Assembly (NCBI RefSeq): GCF_009834535.1
Contig: NC_045696.1
Span: 65,040,001-65,104,000, forward strand
Length of the DNA stretch: 64,000 nucleotides
Reading direction: 5' to 3'
From: Camelus ferus
Taxonomy: Eukaryota
Shown: positions 24,171 through 37,045 of the stretch, piece after piece
How positions within the stretch are numbered: the first letter of the stretch is position 1
Layout of the letters: each line of letters begins with the position of its first letter
Position numbers and translations under genes: made by a program
Notes under the pieces: model-generated
Database searches by the model: none
What the model saw: the letters and a program-made list of their open reading frames with translations, nothing else
Told to the model about the DNA's origin: nothing

Positions 24171-25329
24171 TCCGTGCTCGAGCTAAATGTTCCGGAAGGT
24201 AAAAGTGTCCCAATACCTGGGCTCATACCACATCTATGAAACAATCCAAGACGGCTTTTTTTCCCTTAGGTTCATTTCTCAGGTGATCCCAATGGTTATG
24301 AAAACCACTTGTCACATCTTCTGATAAGTAAGAATTTAAAAATTTGAATATCATGTAAACTTTTCTAATTTTATAACATTGCATTGTCCAAATAAAGCAA
24401 ATCTGTGTATAAACCAGCTTGATGACGAGGTGTGACATCTAGCTTAGGCACACAACAGACAGCTGAAATGCAGGGCCAGGACCTGGAAGGTGACTTTGGA
24501 CTGTGACCATAGATTTGAGTATGTATGTGTAACTTTTTAAATGTGAGCACATCCAGCAGTCAAAGTTTAATACTGTCCAAAATAAAATTTTTATTTTAAA
24601 AAAACACTTTCTTTTTCCTACCTTTATCTATTTTTAGTCAAAGTACCTTGTATATGCAGCCATGAATTGTATCATCCAGATTAACTGGCCCCCAAAATGC
24701 CATTATTTCCTTTTCGTGTGTTCCCTGCATATCACAAATACTCCCCCACAAGACACTCACATTTAGTGTTTTCCATTTATCTGTATAAATTTCACTTTTT
24801 AGATCTATTAATGCAGTATGGTTTCCTGACATAGAATATTGGCCAGGACTCATTAATATGTCCCGAGTTGTATATTACTGGTAGAAATAATCAGACCTTG
24901 ATCCTTTAAAAATAAGACTGGAAAAAGAACTAGACACATTGTGTATGTTTACAGAATTTATAGCAAAGCCATTTAGAAAAATATCTTTAAATTTGACTTT
25001 ATCTCTTTTCCTTAAAAAATACTAAGGCTTAATTATATGTTATTAGTAAAGGCATTTTAAAAATGAGGGCAAAAAGACTTAATAGTCATTGAGACATGCC
25101 CACAGCTGTTGCACAGGACCCTGTGCTTTCTTTGACTTGTTTATATTGTCACAAGTGGAGAGCATTTGCTCACAATAACAAACTCCTGTGCCCACTTCTG
25201 CCCTTGTGATAGGTTCCTTTGCTTTGGCTTGATATTGATGGCTGGCTGGTATCAAGAGAAAAGAATGACAGTTAAAACTGAACTTGTGTCAAGTGTGGAA
25301 AAAGTTATGTCTTGAGTCTAGAAAAAATG

Positions 25330-25560
25330 ACAATAACAACACAAAAGCATCGGCAGACACTCATGTAGCGCTTACTGTGTTGGGCGCCGTTTTATATGTG
25401 TTGCACGTACTAACTCATTTTACCCTCAGAATAAGCTTATAAGGGATGAGGAAACTGAGGCCAAGAGTAGTGATTTGCTCAGTGTCAGGAAGCTAGTAAG
25501 TACCTGGATGATAATTTGAACCCAAGTCTGTCTGATTTAAAGCAAATTTTCTTCACCGTT
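25330..25560 (-). mobile_element. MIR, near full length
   Basis: tagcgcttactgtgt...gatgaggaaactgaggc...atttgaacccaagtctgtctga. Confidence 0.85.
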
Positions 25561-25764
25561 GTCCCCCTCTATTCTTAATGTGTGATGAGTACCACTCAGT
25601 AAACGTGGTTTCCTTGACACACAGATTATGAAATAAAACAAATACAATTAGAAACATCAAATTATCTGCTTCAATGAATTCATCTTGTCACACCCTTAAT
25701 ATTCAATTATTAAAACATTTACCACTCAATGCTGTCAAAGAAAACATTATTGTGAAGTGAAGTG

Positions 25765-25900
25765 AAGTGATGGCTTGGAAACCAGAGTTTACGTCCACAT
25801 CTGCTATACACTTTCTGTAGCAGATTAAACAAATACTGCATTTCTCTGTGCCTCAGTTTTCTCACCTCAAAATGACAGTCTTGAAGATTGAGAGGAGATC
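25765..25900 (+). mobile_element. MIR fragment
   Basis: ttctctgtgcctcagttttctcacctcaaaatg. Confidence 0.65.
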
Positions 25901-26154
25901 AATTACAGATTTTATGTAGGAAAAATGAGGGTTATTCTGCCACAGGATGTAATAATACAGTGCAGTGTCTTTGTAACCATTGCCTGAAAAATTGGTTTCA
26001 GGGAGGAGAGTAAAATTTTTTAAACTTACTGTAGACTCTGAGCCCCTTGTGGACTTTATTCACAGGGTCTAGCATGCTGCTTTGTACTTTGTAGAAAGTC
26101 AAGTACTTGTGACACAAATGAATCATGACCATATTTATTCTAATACTGACAATA

Positions 26155-26540
26155 AGAAAGTGGGATGCATACAGAAGAGGCCAGCAGACTGGGGAGGAGT
26201 CTTAAATTAAGTCCTGTGAGGAAAGATTAAACAAATCTGAGAATGTTAGATGAAGTTTTTAGGGAACTAGAAAGCCAGTTTTGTGTAGTCAAAGAATTAT
26301 ATCAAAGTGTTGGGTTTGTTTTATATAACTTTAAGGAATAAAACAAAAAATTGCAGAATCTCCTCTGTAGGGGAAAAAGATTTTGAAGGAATTAAGGGAG
26401 AGCAACATAAGCTATCTGAAGATTGCCCCAAGCTATGGGGGAGGCAGTGAGAGCCTCGTAATTGGAGACCTGCTAAGAGAGAATAGATGCAAATCAACCA
26501 GTGTTGGGACGTAGGTCCCAGCAGTAAGTAGTCTTCACTT
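26155..26540 (+). mobile_element. CR1/L3 LINE 3' fragment
   Basis: cagaagaggccagcagactggggaggagtct...tgaggaaagattaaacaaatctgagaatgtt; gaggcagtgagagcctcgtaattggag. Confidence 0.55.
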
Positions 26541-27030
26541 ATTGGGTTTTATTTTGGCCTCAAGGCCCGTATAACTGTGAGTCAAGCACTTAAGTTTAGG
26601 GCCCAATGCCATGGCTAATGAATAGTGAGGAAACTTAACTATTCTGATGAAATATTGCCATGTGAAGTCCATCAGTTGTGGTGCTAAGGGCCGTGACCTT
26701 GGGTAAGGCAACTCTGAACCTTCAGTGGATTTGGGGGAACTGAGAACATGAGGAGTTTCTGCCAGCAGTGCTCTCAGCTGCTGAAGAATAAGTTCTTCAT
26801 TCCTGTGACGGGATCTGGATTACAGGGGAAGGTATTCAAAGAAATTGTTCTCATACTACTAAATTCTAATTGGCAAATATTGTTCTTTATAGAACAAAAG
26901 ATCCTAAAGTCATTTCTTTCTCACCAGTCTTACCTGGTCACAACTATCTATGCTATTTAGCTTTGTCCTCACATTGATAGTTAAGACAACTGTTTGGCCA
27001 TTTGACCCCACTTCAAGCTGAATAATCTAA

Positions 27031-27076
27031 CGATGCTTATGATTGCTTATGATTTGCTTACGATGCTTATGATTTG
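27031..27076. repeat. Short degenerate tandem repeat (TGCTTAYGAT-type unit, about 4.5 copies)
   Basis: cgatgcttatgattgcttatgatttgcttacgatgcttatgatttg. Confidence 0.85.
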
Positions 27077-27399
27077 ACAGTTTTAATAGGTTTTAACAAG
27101 TCAGTTACCAACTCCCTTTCTCTATGTTGGTTTTCAGTCTCAGGTAAGTTGCTTAATCATAACAACCACTTGGAACACAGGAAAATGGGAATGAACTGGA
27201 AGCCAGTCTGTAGTTAGAGCTCCTTTTCCTTCTGTTATTACAAGCGTGTGTGCTGCGTGATGATGCGGGCTCTGTGCAGATGCTTCCCCTCATTCCAGAT
27301 CTTCCTCTAGCAAAACTATTTTGCAGCATCGTCGCCTCTCCCCAAAAAGAGCATTTGCAAATAAAGGAAGTCTAACACACCAAGATTTGTGGATGAAAG

Positions 27400-27650
27400 T
27401 TAGTGTGCTTGCTCAGAGATTCACTGTTACCTTTCATTATTAATCTTAGCTTTGATTCCAGCTTCTCTCACTTATTAAATCTGAAATATTGGGTAAATGT
27501 TTTGCCTTTTCTGATCCTTAACTTCCTCATCAGTAAAATGAAGATAGCATTGATCTCACATGGTTATGGTGAAGAATAAACAAAAGAGAATTAGAAAATG
27601 CTTGTGAAGCATGATGTGCAATCATGTAAATGCTTGATCGCTATTATTTC
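27400..27650 (+). mobile_element. MIR
   Basis: cttcctcatcagtaaaatgaagatagcattgatctcacatggttatggtgaagaataaa. Confidence 0.75.
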
Positions 27651-29944
27651 CATCGAAGAAAGTGCATCCTGCAGATTGAGAAATGACCTAATTAAGAGTT
27701 ATGACAGTCTCATAACATGCATCATAATATTTGTAAGTTACATTGACACACAGGGAGAAAGGTAACTGTTTAAGGAAATACGCCACTCCCTTTCCTTGAC
27801 CTGGGTTTATTCTGCCCTGCTCCCTAAGAAGTTCTTCAGTCCCAGGCTGTGTCTTGGAGACCAGGCTGAGCTCACATGGCCACAGCCTCCACAATAATCA
27901 GGGGAACTAGAAGCCTCCTTGGAATAAATAGACAGTGAACATCCAATTGATTGAGAGGTAGTCACATTAAATTGGGGATGTTTTGGTTGTATCACATGAT
28001 CTCGAGGTAGCCTTGAGCAGTGTTCTATCTGTCTATTGGGACACAGAGAGACATGGCTGCTGTCATATTTAATGTCAGTTCTTTAGGACATAAAGTCCTT
28101 AATAGATATTATAAGTTCCTTAGATGAAGAGGTCAGCATGTAGTAAAATGAGAGCTAAACTGGACCTCCAACCTGGTCTTGTCCCTTCCAAGCTGAGTGA
28201 TCTCGGGTAAATCGAAACTTAACTGAAAACTGTTTCAATATCGCGAAAGCGGCATCATCATACTTACCTTTGCAGATGAAATGAGGTGGATATTTATACA
28301 TGAAGAAATAAAATAAATACAAGAGCTTAATAATTCTTGCCGGAGGATATTCTTATTGGAGGTAGGATTCCAAACACACAAAAGGGTTCCCTTTTCAAAG
28401 GGTGATTCCTCTTCCGATTTATGCAGAGCTCCCCACTGACTACAAATGCAGCTTCTAAAGAGAGTGGGAGGCGCACTTTCTGCTCTGGCTCCGGCTCACT
28501 GGGAAAGCTGTGCTTTGAAGGAAGATGGGAGAGTGACAGCATTTGGCATTTCCTTGCTAGAAGGGTAAGAATATTCTGTGTGGAACCTTCTTCTATGGAA
28601 TTTTTGACATTGATTAAGGATGAACACATCATATCCTGGCAGGTAACACTGGAGGGAGAACGTGGAATTAAAAACTCTTAGTATCATAGAGCTTCCGGGA
28701 CTCAGGCAGAGCACACAGCTCTAACGAGCAGTTGCCACGGCAGACAGAGCATTGGTTTCTCTATTCCTCTTTATATTCTACATCATTGATATGAACCATC
28801 TTATCCCCACCAAAGCTCAAGGACCAGGTTTGAAATCCTTCATAGAAATTGCTAAGTTATCCTTTTTTCTTTTTCTTTCCTTCCTTTTTTTCCCCTTAAA
28901 TTCTCCATTTCTGTGCGTTTTAGTGTTGAAGAAAATCTGAAAGGAGAGATTAACAGCCTCCAGGATGCCACAAAGGAGGCACATTATTTATGACTTTTAA
29001 ATGACACATCTTGAAACTGCTCTGAGTCCAGGCAGGATGAAAGGTTGGTATTAAATGTGACCTTTGATTTTAATGGTCTCGAACAGAAACCTTCGTTTTA
29101 ACTGTGCAAATCGCACTGTAAATTACTGGCCCAGTCCACTGCATTTTCAAGCACTGAGGGAAAGGGGGCAGGGAGCAGACAGCAGCAAGAACTATTTCTT
29201 GTCATCTACAGTCTTAGAATAACAAGTGGTTTGAACAAAGCCATTCTCCTCCCCACACCATGTTTCCGTAACACACGTACATACATTGTTTCTTGAAAGC
29301 AACTGGCTGAGTTAAATCAGACCTAGAAATTTATGGCAAATCTCTTCCCTATTCCAAGCCTCAGTTTCCACATCTGTCAAAGGACAATCTAGCTGATTAG
29401 TGTCTTTGTTTCCAAATCTAAATCTCATGACTCTATAACCTTCCTGTTTTTATTGGCTGTGAAAGAATAACTCTTAATCATGAAAACAACCCAGCAGCTC
29501 TCAACCAAGTAAGTGATGCAGAGAGCACCCGCTTGCCTGAGATCGCAGTATTTAAAGGTAGGCCCTGCTGTGCAAGTCCACATAAACGACAGTGTTGCAA
29601 CACCAAGAGGATGCTTTTACAACAGAAGTTAGGCAAAACAGAAGTTAAATTGCAAATCCATGTTGTTCAAGTCACACAATGGGCTATTTGGGGGAACACC
29701 GTAGGCTGTTTAATGTTCCTGTGTCTAACGTGGGAGACTTCGCTTTGCAGCAAGAGCCTAAACTTTTGTGTTTTCCTCTTTCTTTTGAAATATGCAGTTA
29801 TGTAGGGTTTATTATGTTCTTTGGAAAGAAAAAAAAAAGATTTTGTGTTGTGAATTTCTTTTAAGCACTTAGACATTACCATGCAGCAGATCTTATATAC
29901 TTTTTATAGAATTTCTTTTTGAAGTAGAGTTTGTGGCATCACTA

Positions 29945-30790
29945 ACTCAGCTGTCACTGATTTCCCAGGTCCAGAATTAATCTTCTGTCCCAGAGACACT
30001 CAATCCACTGTCTTCTCCTTTTCAGTTAATGGCTAGCTTACACTTCCAGGTGATTAGAAAACAAACCGACTGGCCACAGTTGGAGTTTAGAAACCATCCT
30101 TGACTTCTCTCTTCTTTAATATCCCACATATAATCTGTTAGGAAACTCTCAGGGCTTTCTTTTTTCAACTATAAGCATAATCTGATGACTTCTCACTTTG
30201 TCCACAGTTCAAACCGTCAGCAGCTCTCCTGTGGAATATTGTAGTAGCCTACTAACTGGTCTTCCAGTTTCTACCATTACCTTATTGGACCCTAATCCAA
30301 ACAGCAGCCTGAGTATCTTTTCAAAGTATATGGGACATCATGGGGTATCTCTGCTTTAAACTCTGCAGGGTTTCCCCTTTTCACTAAAAAGCAGACATCT
30401 TTGCATTGACCTTGGAGGATCTGATCCCTTGCTGTGTTTCTGACTTCATCTCTTTGTTGTTTTCTTTGCTTATTTCTCTCCAGCCATGTTGGGCCACATC
30501 TCTGGGCTTTGGTCTCATCTGCTGTGATGAATCTATGAACCAATTAAAATTGTATGACCGCCCCCCTCAACATAGCCGAAGACTTTACCCCCATTTATAC
30601 TTTTTAATTAATAATTTAATAGCCCTTACTTCCTTCAATATAACATTTATTGCATTTATGACCTCCTTTCTACTCTCTGCCAAAATACAAAGCCCATGAG
30701 GACAGAGAGTTTTATCTCCCTTCTTTGCTGTACCCCAATATATAGAATAGTGCTTGGTTCAGAAAGAGTGACTAGTAATTATTTGGGTAA
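29945..30790 (+). mobile_element. L2 fragment running to the 3' end
   Basis: catccttgacttctctcttc; cagcagcctgagtatcttttcaaa; aagcccatgaggacagagag...tagaatagtgcttggttcag. Confidence 0.75.
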
Positions 30791-31009
30791 TTCTTTTTGA
30801 TAGATACCAAAGTTAGGCAGAAGTACTGCAGCTGTCATCTGTGTTCAGCCTTGTGAAGTCCTGGATGGCTATAGTGTCCATTCTTCCATCTGTTTTCTAA
30901 GACTGTAGTGTTGACTTTTCCAGAATGTTATTAACATGAAAATATACATAGTGATTCCCTTCTTAGAGCTCTTTCCAAAACCTGTTGCATTACCAGGTCC
31001 TTCCATTCT

Positions 31010-31455
31010 GATGTGTGGGAACATGAACTCCTCCTAGCTCTGTATGAGCGCCAAGAATTGTTTCTAGTGGTTCTTTCCCTAGCCTTAGGTAGTTTCCTCT
31101 CACGTACATGCAGGTCAGTATCCGTCCAGATACTTAGGGGCGGTGCAGAAATTTATAGTTTTCGTCTTCTTCTGTGGTGCTCTGCCCTGGAGTTACAGCC
31201 ACTTGGTTCTCTGAACTCCAATTTCTGTTTTCTCAACTCTGTGAGTCAGTGGGCCATCCAGGTTCTTCTTTTCTGTGCTGCTGCCTAGAAACTTCTTTCT
31301 GGAGGGATGGTAATGCTCACCATATTTATTTCCCTTCTTTCAAAGGATGATAGCTGTTCCCTGTATTGCCTGAAAACCATTGTCTGGTTTTGGGTTGTTT
31401 AAGGTGGGATGGTAAGTCTACTCACTGTTTCTCCAACATGACCAAAACAGAAGAC
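31010..31455 (-). mobile_element. Old L1 (L1ME/L1M4-type) 5' end
   Basis: Ends in ggttgtttaaggtgggatggtaagtctactcactgtttctccaacatgaccaaaacagaag; similar to 58900-59380. Confidence 0.6.
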
Positions 31456-31589
31456 TGGTGGAAAACTCCTGAAGCCAAATCTTTTTTATTTCCTCTGAAA
31501 AAAGCTCATATAAGTAAATCAGGTAATTAATAGCATATAACAATGTGACGAATCTTCGTATTTCATATAGAACCTGCAAGTTATCAGCA

Positions 31590-31830
31590 GAAAAGCGATA
31601 AATTATAAGTCACAGGGTTTGATTTTCTAACTCCCTCAATTGCAGTTGTTTGACCTTGGGCAGGTCACTCTGAGTTTTAATTCCATCATCTGTTGACATG
31701 GTGAAAAGAAATCCTGCTGCTTTATCACAAATTACATCGAGGATTAAATGTGGTCATGGATGGAAAAGTTCCTATCTCTAAAGTCCTGTCCTCATGTGAG
31801 GGGATATTCTTATTCTCATCATCATTATCT
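31590..31830 (+). mobile_element. MIR
   Basis: tgaccttgggcaggtcact...ccatcatctgt...gaggattaaatg. Confidence 0.75.
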
Positions 31831-31939
31831 GTCAAACTAGAAAATTCAGAATGATAGAACATTTCTCCTTAATTCATTTTATACTTTCTTACCCTGACAA
31901 CTCATGTAGACAAGAATATGTTGTATTTTGATATGATAT

Positions 31940-32453
31940 GTGTCAGTTAGGATTAATTTTCACTGTAATGTAACAACAGAAATTCATAACACTAGTGGTT
32001 TAAATAAGATTGAGGTTTATGTCTGTTACATAAAAATGGTCTGAAGGTATACAGTCATAGCTGGCATAGGATTCAGAGGATGCTAGGGACCCAGGTTTCT
32101 ATTTTCCTGCTTTTCCACCCTCAGTGATAGCTTTCATTACCTCTTGGTTCAAGATGGCTGCTGAAATTCTAGCCATTACATCTGCATTCCATGATGGCAG
32201 AAGGAAGAAGCAGAGGATAACAAAATGTTTTCCTCCAAGCCAAATCAGCTAATTTTAATTGGCTTTTCTGAGTCTCACAACATTTTTTGTTTATATCCTT
32301 TCAGCTCTAATTTAAAGAGATGACCGCATATAACTACAAGGAAGGTTTGTCAAGGATGTCACTTGTTTTTCTATAATGTACTTATTTAAAATACGTATTT
32401 TGTTAGTAGGAAAATAAGAATAAATGATGAGAGGTAATTTTCAGTTGGCCACA
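31940..32453 (-). mobile_element. MaLR solo LTR (MLT1J-like)
   Basis: About 510 bp bounded by tgtcagttaggatt and gccaca; internal ttcaagatggctgctgaaattctagccattacatctgcattcca. Confidence 0.8.
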
Positions 32454-32899
32454 TATTTTTTCTTTAGCAACAAGGGATTCTCTGAACTAGTTCAAGGTAA
32501 GGTACTACATAAGCCATATTGTATACTTGTACTGTATGTGCACAGTGAGACGCTCATAGACAAATCTTAGGAAATAGCTGTTTTCTATAAAATTACATCT
32601 GAACATTTTTGTAAATCAAATACCTTTTCCCACTGATAAACGATAACTTCCAAAGTTTTTATTTTCGTTCCATGATGAACTCTGGACACTGCGTCTTTAA
32701 GATTTGCGTGACTTTCTCCACCTTTATCAGTAGTTAATGAGCTGTAAAGGGTTGCCTAAATGCACTGAAAACTTTCTATTTAAAGGAACTCTTGGATCAT
32801 GAAATAAATCCTTTTGTAAAGCAAGGAATGTTTTGCAGTAGTTACCCTGTAATTTATCTGCATTTGAGTAGGATTTTCCTGTGTTTAGCTTTCTGAGTG

Positions 32900-33560
32900 T
32901 GGTTTGCACTGGGTGTCCCGCAGGCACCTCAACTTCAGCATGTCTAAAATGGTGGCAGGGAGCCCAGTTAGGAGACTGTTGCTTGTAGGTCTTGAAACCA
33001 GTTTCTCTCCACTCCAGTTCATCAGCTACTGGGATGCCAGAGAAATAATTCCTAAAAAACAAATCCACTCATTGCATTGCCGAGCTAAAAACCTCTGCTG
33101 GATCCCCATTGCCTGCTGGATAAATGCCAAGCCCTTTAGCAGAGCATCGATAAACCATTGTCGATGGTTTTGGCCTTGTCATTTTGGCCCCAACTGCTTT
33201 TCCAGCAGCATCTCCTGCCACTCCCCCTACATGCCATATGCTCCAGCCACACTTCACTTCTCCCCACTCTCCAAATATACCGAACACTTCGTACTTCTTT
33301 GTATTTGCTTTTGGCTATGCCTGGAGTGCTCTGTGTTCAAACCTTTCTACCTGAGCAGTGTCTCCTTCTGCAAGCCTCAGCTCAAATATCTCCATTCCAG
33401 CTCCACAAAGAAAGTCAATCATCTGTCTCTTTATTTTCATAGCAGTCTGCTCATATCTGAGAGTATTATTACAATCAAATTGCGTTGTATTATAATTATC
33501 ATTATATCTCTGTCTCTATAACTAGACTTTTAAGTTTAGAAGCCATGACATAACATACTT
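32900..33560 (+). mobile_element. L2 fragment; source of the 205-aa chance ORF
   Basis: gggtgtcccgcaggcacctcaacttcagcatgtctaaaat; ccatatgctccagccacact; tataactagacttttaag. Confidence 0.8.
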
Positions 33561-33619
33561 TTCTATGTCGGGTATAAGTAACATTCGGACATGTTCTGAA
33601 CCCCAGATATTATATACTT

Positions 33620-33815
33620 TACAAATAATATATATCATTAAATCCTTTCAATACAGTACAGTCACAAAGTATCATTTCCATTTCATTGATGAATAAATGG
33701 ATGTTCACAGATGTTAAGAAGCTTTCTTCTGACCATACTACCCATGAAGTCTCTAGCCTGAATTTAAACCCATGTCTGTTGCCAAAGCCTAGGTGTTTTT
33801 TTCTTAGTATTGCCT
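33620..33815 (-). mobile_element. MIR
   Basis: atcattaaatcctttcaa...tccatttcattgatga...gaatttaaacccatgtctgttgccaaagcc. Confidence 0.7.
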
Positions 33816-35969
33816 CCTCCATCTTCAGAACTTAGCACTGTGATTGATACCCAGCACAGGGGAAATGTACAAAATTGAGTGTAGTTAGTCTCCAAAAACT
33901 GTATTTACACTCAGAGGATAAGATTTCCCACCACTGAGGTTAACTTGAAGGAAACACTAGAAGCAATTTCTAAAGGGACCTTCTAGGAGTGTTTAGAGTC
34001 AGGGCAGTGCTTTAGAGGTAGAAGGGGACTACCCTTTTAATTACACAGTAAGCTGCTATTTCCTCCGCCAAGTGCTTGTTTCAGCGGCAGTGATTTTTAA
34101 AAATCAAGAAAGAAAATTTACAGATTAGCTCATCGCCCACCCTACCTTATTGAAATTTTGGAGGGGGTGGTGAAGTACACTGTAAATAGTTAATGATATG
34201 TATATGTAATAAATATTTGCCACATCATTTGGAAACATTTCCTTACTGATGTAGATCAAGAGTGAGTGCTGTTAAAGATGGACCAAAAGACAGAGATGCA
34301 TCCTATTTCTTGTAGATCTCATAAGAGTAGTCTCAACCTGATAGATACAACATGAAAGATACTTATATTTTGTCTTTGTTCTTCCTGTCATTACTTTTAA
34401 CTTTGTTTTGCCAAATATCCTTTTCCTGTCACTTAATGACAAGCTGGATGGATTCTGATTCTCTGACCACTTGATCCACTTTATCATAAAACTCTAATCT
34501 CATGTCTGATTTCAGCCAACTGCTCTTCTGTTTAGGAAACTAAACCTAAGATCCTTAGTTTTGTGGAGTGGAGAAAAAGAGGGTTCTCATGGTGACTTCT
34601 CCTGTTACTTATTCTAGGCCTAAAGCCTTTGGTTTTTCCGGGGAAGGGAAGAGGAGAGGGAAGGCGGAGATCTCCTTCTGACCAGACCCATGAAGATAGT
34701 GGAGTGGTGTCCGCGGCATTGCTCTAGGTTAGCTTGGTTCTGTCTGCTGCCAGGGCTTCACTTAATACAGTGGTCTCCACGTAAGCAATGTGCTTGGTTT
34801 CCTTGGAGTGATGTTCAGTTTCCTGGGACCCTCTCAGAGGGGCAGCGGTATCTTCAGTTGACCCCATCAGGAGTACACAATCAAAACAACTTCAGAGGGT
34901 AGAGCATCCCAATTTTTGCCCACAGCCAACTGGGCTTTCAACGTGTAGAGCCGGGCGAGCCAGGGGTCTTTTTCTGTATCCTCCAAGGGATCTAGAAGCT
35001 GACGGAATGGGGGTATCTCTGTTTTCCCTTCACACACCACGCTACTGCGAGAACTGCTTCACCATCTATTCTAGCAGACAGCCTGATTTCCAAGTCTCCA
35101 GTCAGACGTGAGCACATTTTCTATTTTCTTCCAGGCCCCAAACTTCAGACAACTCAAGTCACATTTCTCTAAGGACTCCTGAATCACCCTCTACTTCAGC
35201 TACACTGTCAAGACAGAGATACTATTTGCTCAGAGAGTAAGATGCCAGCCTTTCCTTGACAGCAGTCCAAGTTCTATGAGAGGGAAGAGGAGGTGTTCTT
35301 TTCCTAACCCATAAGGAAGGAGGGGCATTGACTGTCTTCATGAATCCTGTGCTCCTCAAAAGGCCCAGCTCCAAGGAAACCCTCTCCCGTTAACTTGGGA
35401 GGAAGGGGTAGGATGGTGATTCTTCCCTCTCTTAGTGTGTGCTATATAAAAGGTGTATGGCTCTAATTCTAGGGTGCTGATGAAGAATGTGAGGTGTTTA
35501 GAGTTGTGTATTGTAACCTTGGATTTAGCTACAATTCTGGGACCACATAAAAATATACTCAACATCCTGTTACACTTAGGTTTTCTAAATTAGACTTAAT
35601 TAATTATCTTTCCAATGAATGTCATAAAAAGCCCTTCTGAAAGATAAGGATACTTCTGCCACTACCCACTCTTAAACTGCATCTGTTTTAGGAGCCAGAA
35701 GCAGCCCCACCTCTGGAGAGTAGAAAGAAATGGTAACCATCTCTAACCAAGACAAACACAGGAGTTATTGAAGCAAAGTTGTATACACTTCTGAGGAGTG
35801 ATGGGCAGTCCCAGGGCAAATCTGAAGAAAGATGGACACCTGATAGTATGGTGTCTGGGTAAATGGCTGAGTCTGCAGGATTTTAAAAGGCAGTATGCTT
35901 ACCTGGTTGGGGCATGGAACTTTATAATTCAAGTTCCGGGAAAGTGTGAGTAATTTCTCATACATCAAA

Positions 35970-36185
35970 GCTGAGCTGTCCAGTAGAATAGACACCAGAC
36001 ATGTATAACTATTTAAATTAAAATGTTAATTAAACAATATTAAATAAAACTAAAAATTTAGTTCCTCAGTCATAATAACCATAATTAAGTACTGAGTAGT
36101 CACAAGTGGCTTGTGGATTCAGTGTTGGACAGTGTAGAAATTGACAGTTTCCATCACTGGAGAAAGTTCCACTGGAGAACATTGC
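35970..36185 (-). mobile_element. MER3 hAT-Charlie MITE, full length
   Basis: ctgagctgtccagta...aaaatttagttcctcagtc...ttggacagtgtaga...tttccatcactggagaaagttccactgga. Confidence 0.85.
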
Positions 36186-36893
36186 GTGTTGAAATTCTTA
36201 CTTGTTATATGATAAGGAAAATGGAGTCCCCCCCGCCCAAGCTGTGTGCTCACATCTGCAAGTATGGGGCTAAAAGAAGAACAAGGGTTGACCTGAACTA
36301 GATGGTATATACCTTTTCAAGATGTTTTTCCAACTCAATTTTTAGCCTTTGGCACCTCAGCTAACTGAGAAGTGAAAATTCCCATCTCTCAGCAGCTGAT
36401 AATTTGGATCAAGCAATTATAAACAATAAATTTGTCAAATTTCCTTTATTTAATCTTTGATAAATTGTTCAAATCCATTGACTGACATGACTGATTCTTT
36501 TCAGCCATATAAAGTCCTGGCCTTTCTTTACTAGAAGTGCTATCAGTTATTCAAGGAGGGCTCAGAAACTCCTAAGATTGAAACCATAGTTTAGAGCATA
36601 GGCTGACCCTTTTATTAGAAATGCTTAAGCTATTTCAAATGCACTGTGTATTTATGTTCTTAGGCATATAGACATTTGATATTTACAGAAAAGTTCAACT
36701 TGGTCTTCCAAGTCTTAATTTTCTTGACCCTTTTCAATAAAGCTATGTGCAAATGAATGAAAATGAAGTTATATCTCATTAGTCAATTTCACATAATTCT
36801 AATTACTTTTCACTAGAGATGATCTCATTTCGAAAGATATTAAGCTAGGTCAAGGTGAAAACAGGTTACACAGGACAAATGCATGTGAAGGAA

Positions 36894-36933
36894 AATTCCC
36901 AATTAGTCCTACTAATTCCCAATTAGTCCTACT
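36894..36933. repeat. Perfect 20-bp tandem duplication
   Basis: aattcccaattagtcctact x2. Confidence 0.95.
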
Positions 36934-36959
36934 AGTCATCTAGGCTAGAGAAAAGTAAG

Positions 36960-37045
36960 GTTTTTTACTGAAGTATTGTTGATTCACACGTTGTGTTAGT
37001 TTCTAGTGTACATGTATGTGAACACACACACACAAATATGCATAG
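36960..37045 (-). mobile_element. Very short L1 3' tip
   Basis: ttttactgaagtattgttgattcacacgttgtgttagtttctagtgtaca. Confidence 0.75.

Noticed and set aside
27031..27076. CRISPR-like or functional array
   Set aside because: About 10-bp units with no spacers; a simple slippage repeat
28421..28681. 86-aa ATG-initiated ORF with an internal donor as a first coding exon
   Set aside because: No recognisable homology, promoter or CpG island; ORFs of similar length on the opposite strand point to chance
32904..33521. Longest ORF (205 aa) as a novel gene
   Set aside because: It lies wholly within a decayed L2, has a non-ATG start and Cys/Ser/Leu-rich composition, and shows no recognisable domain
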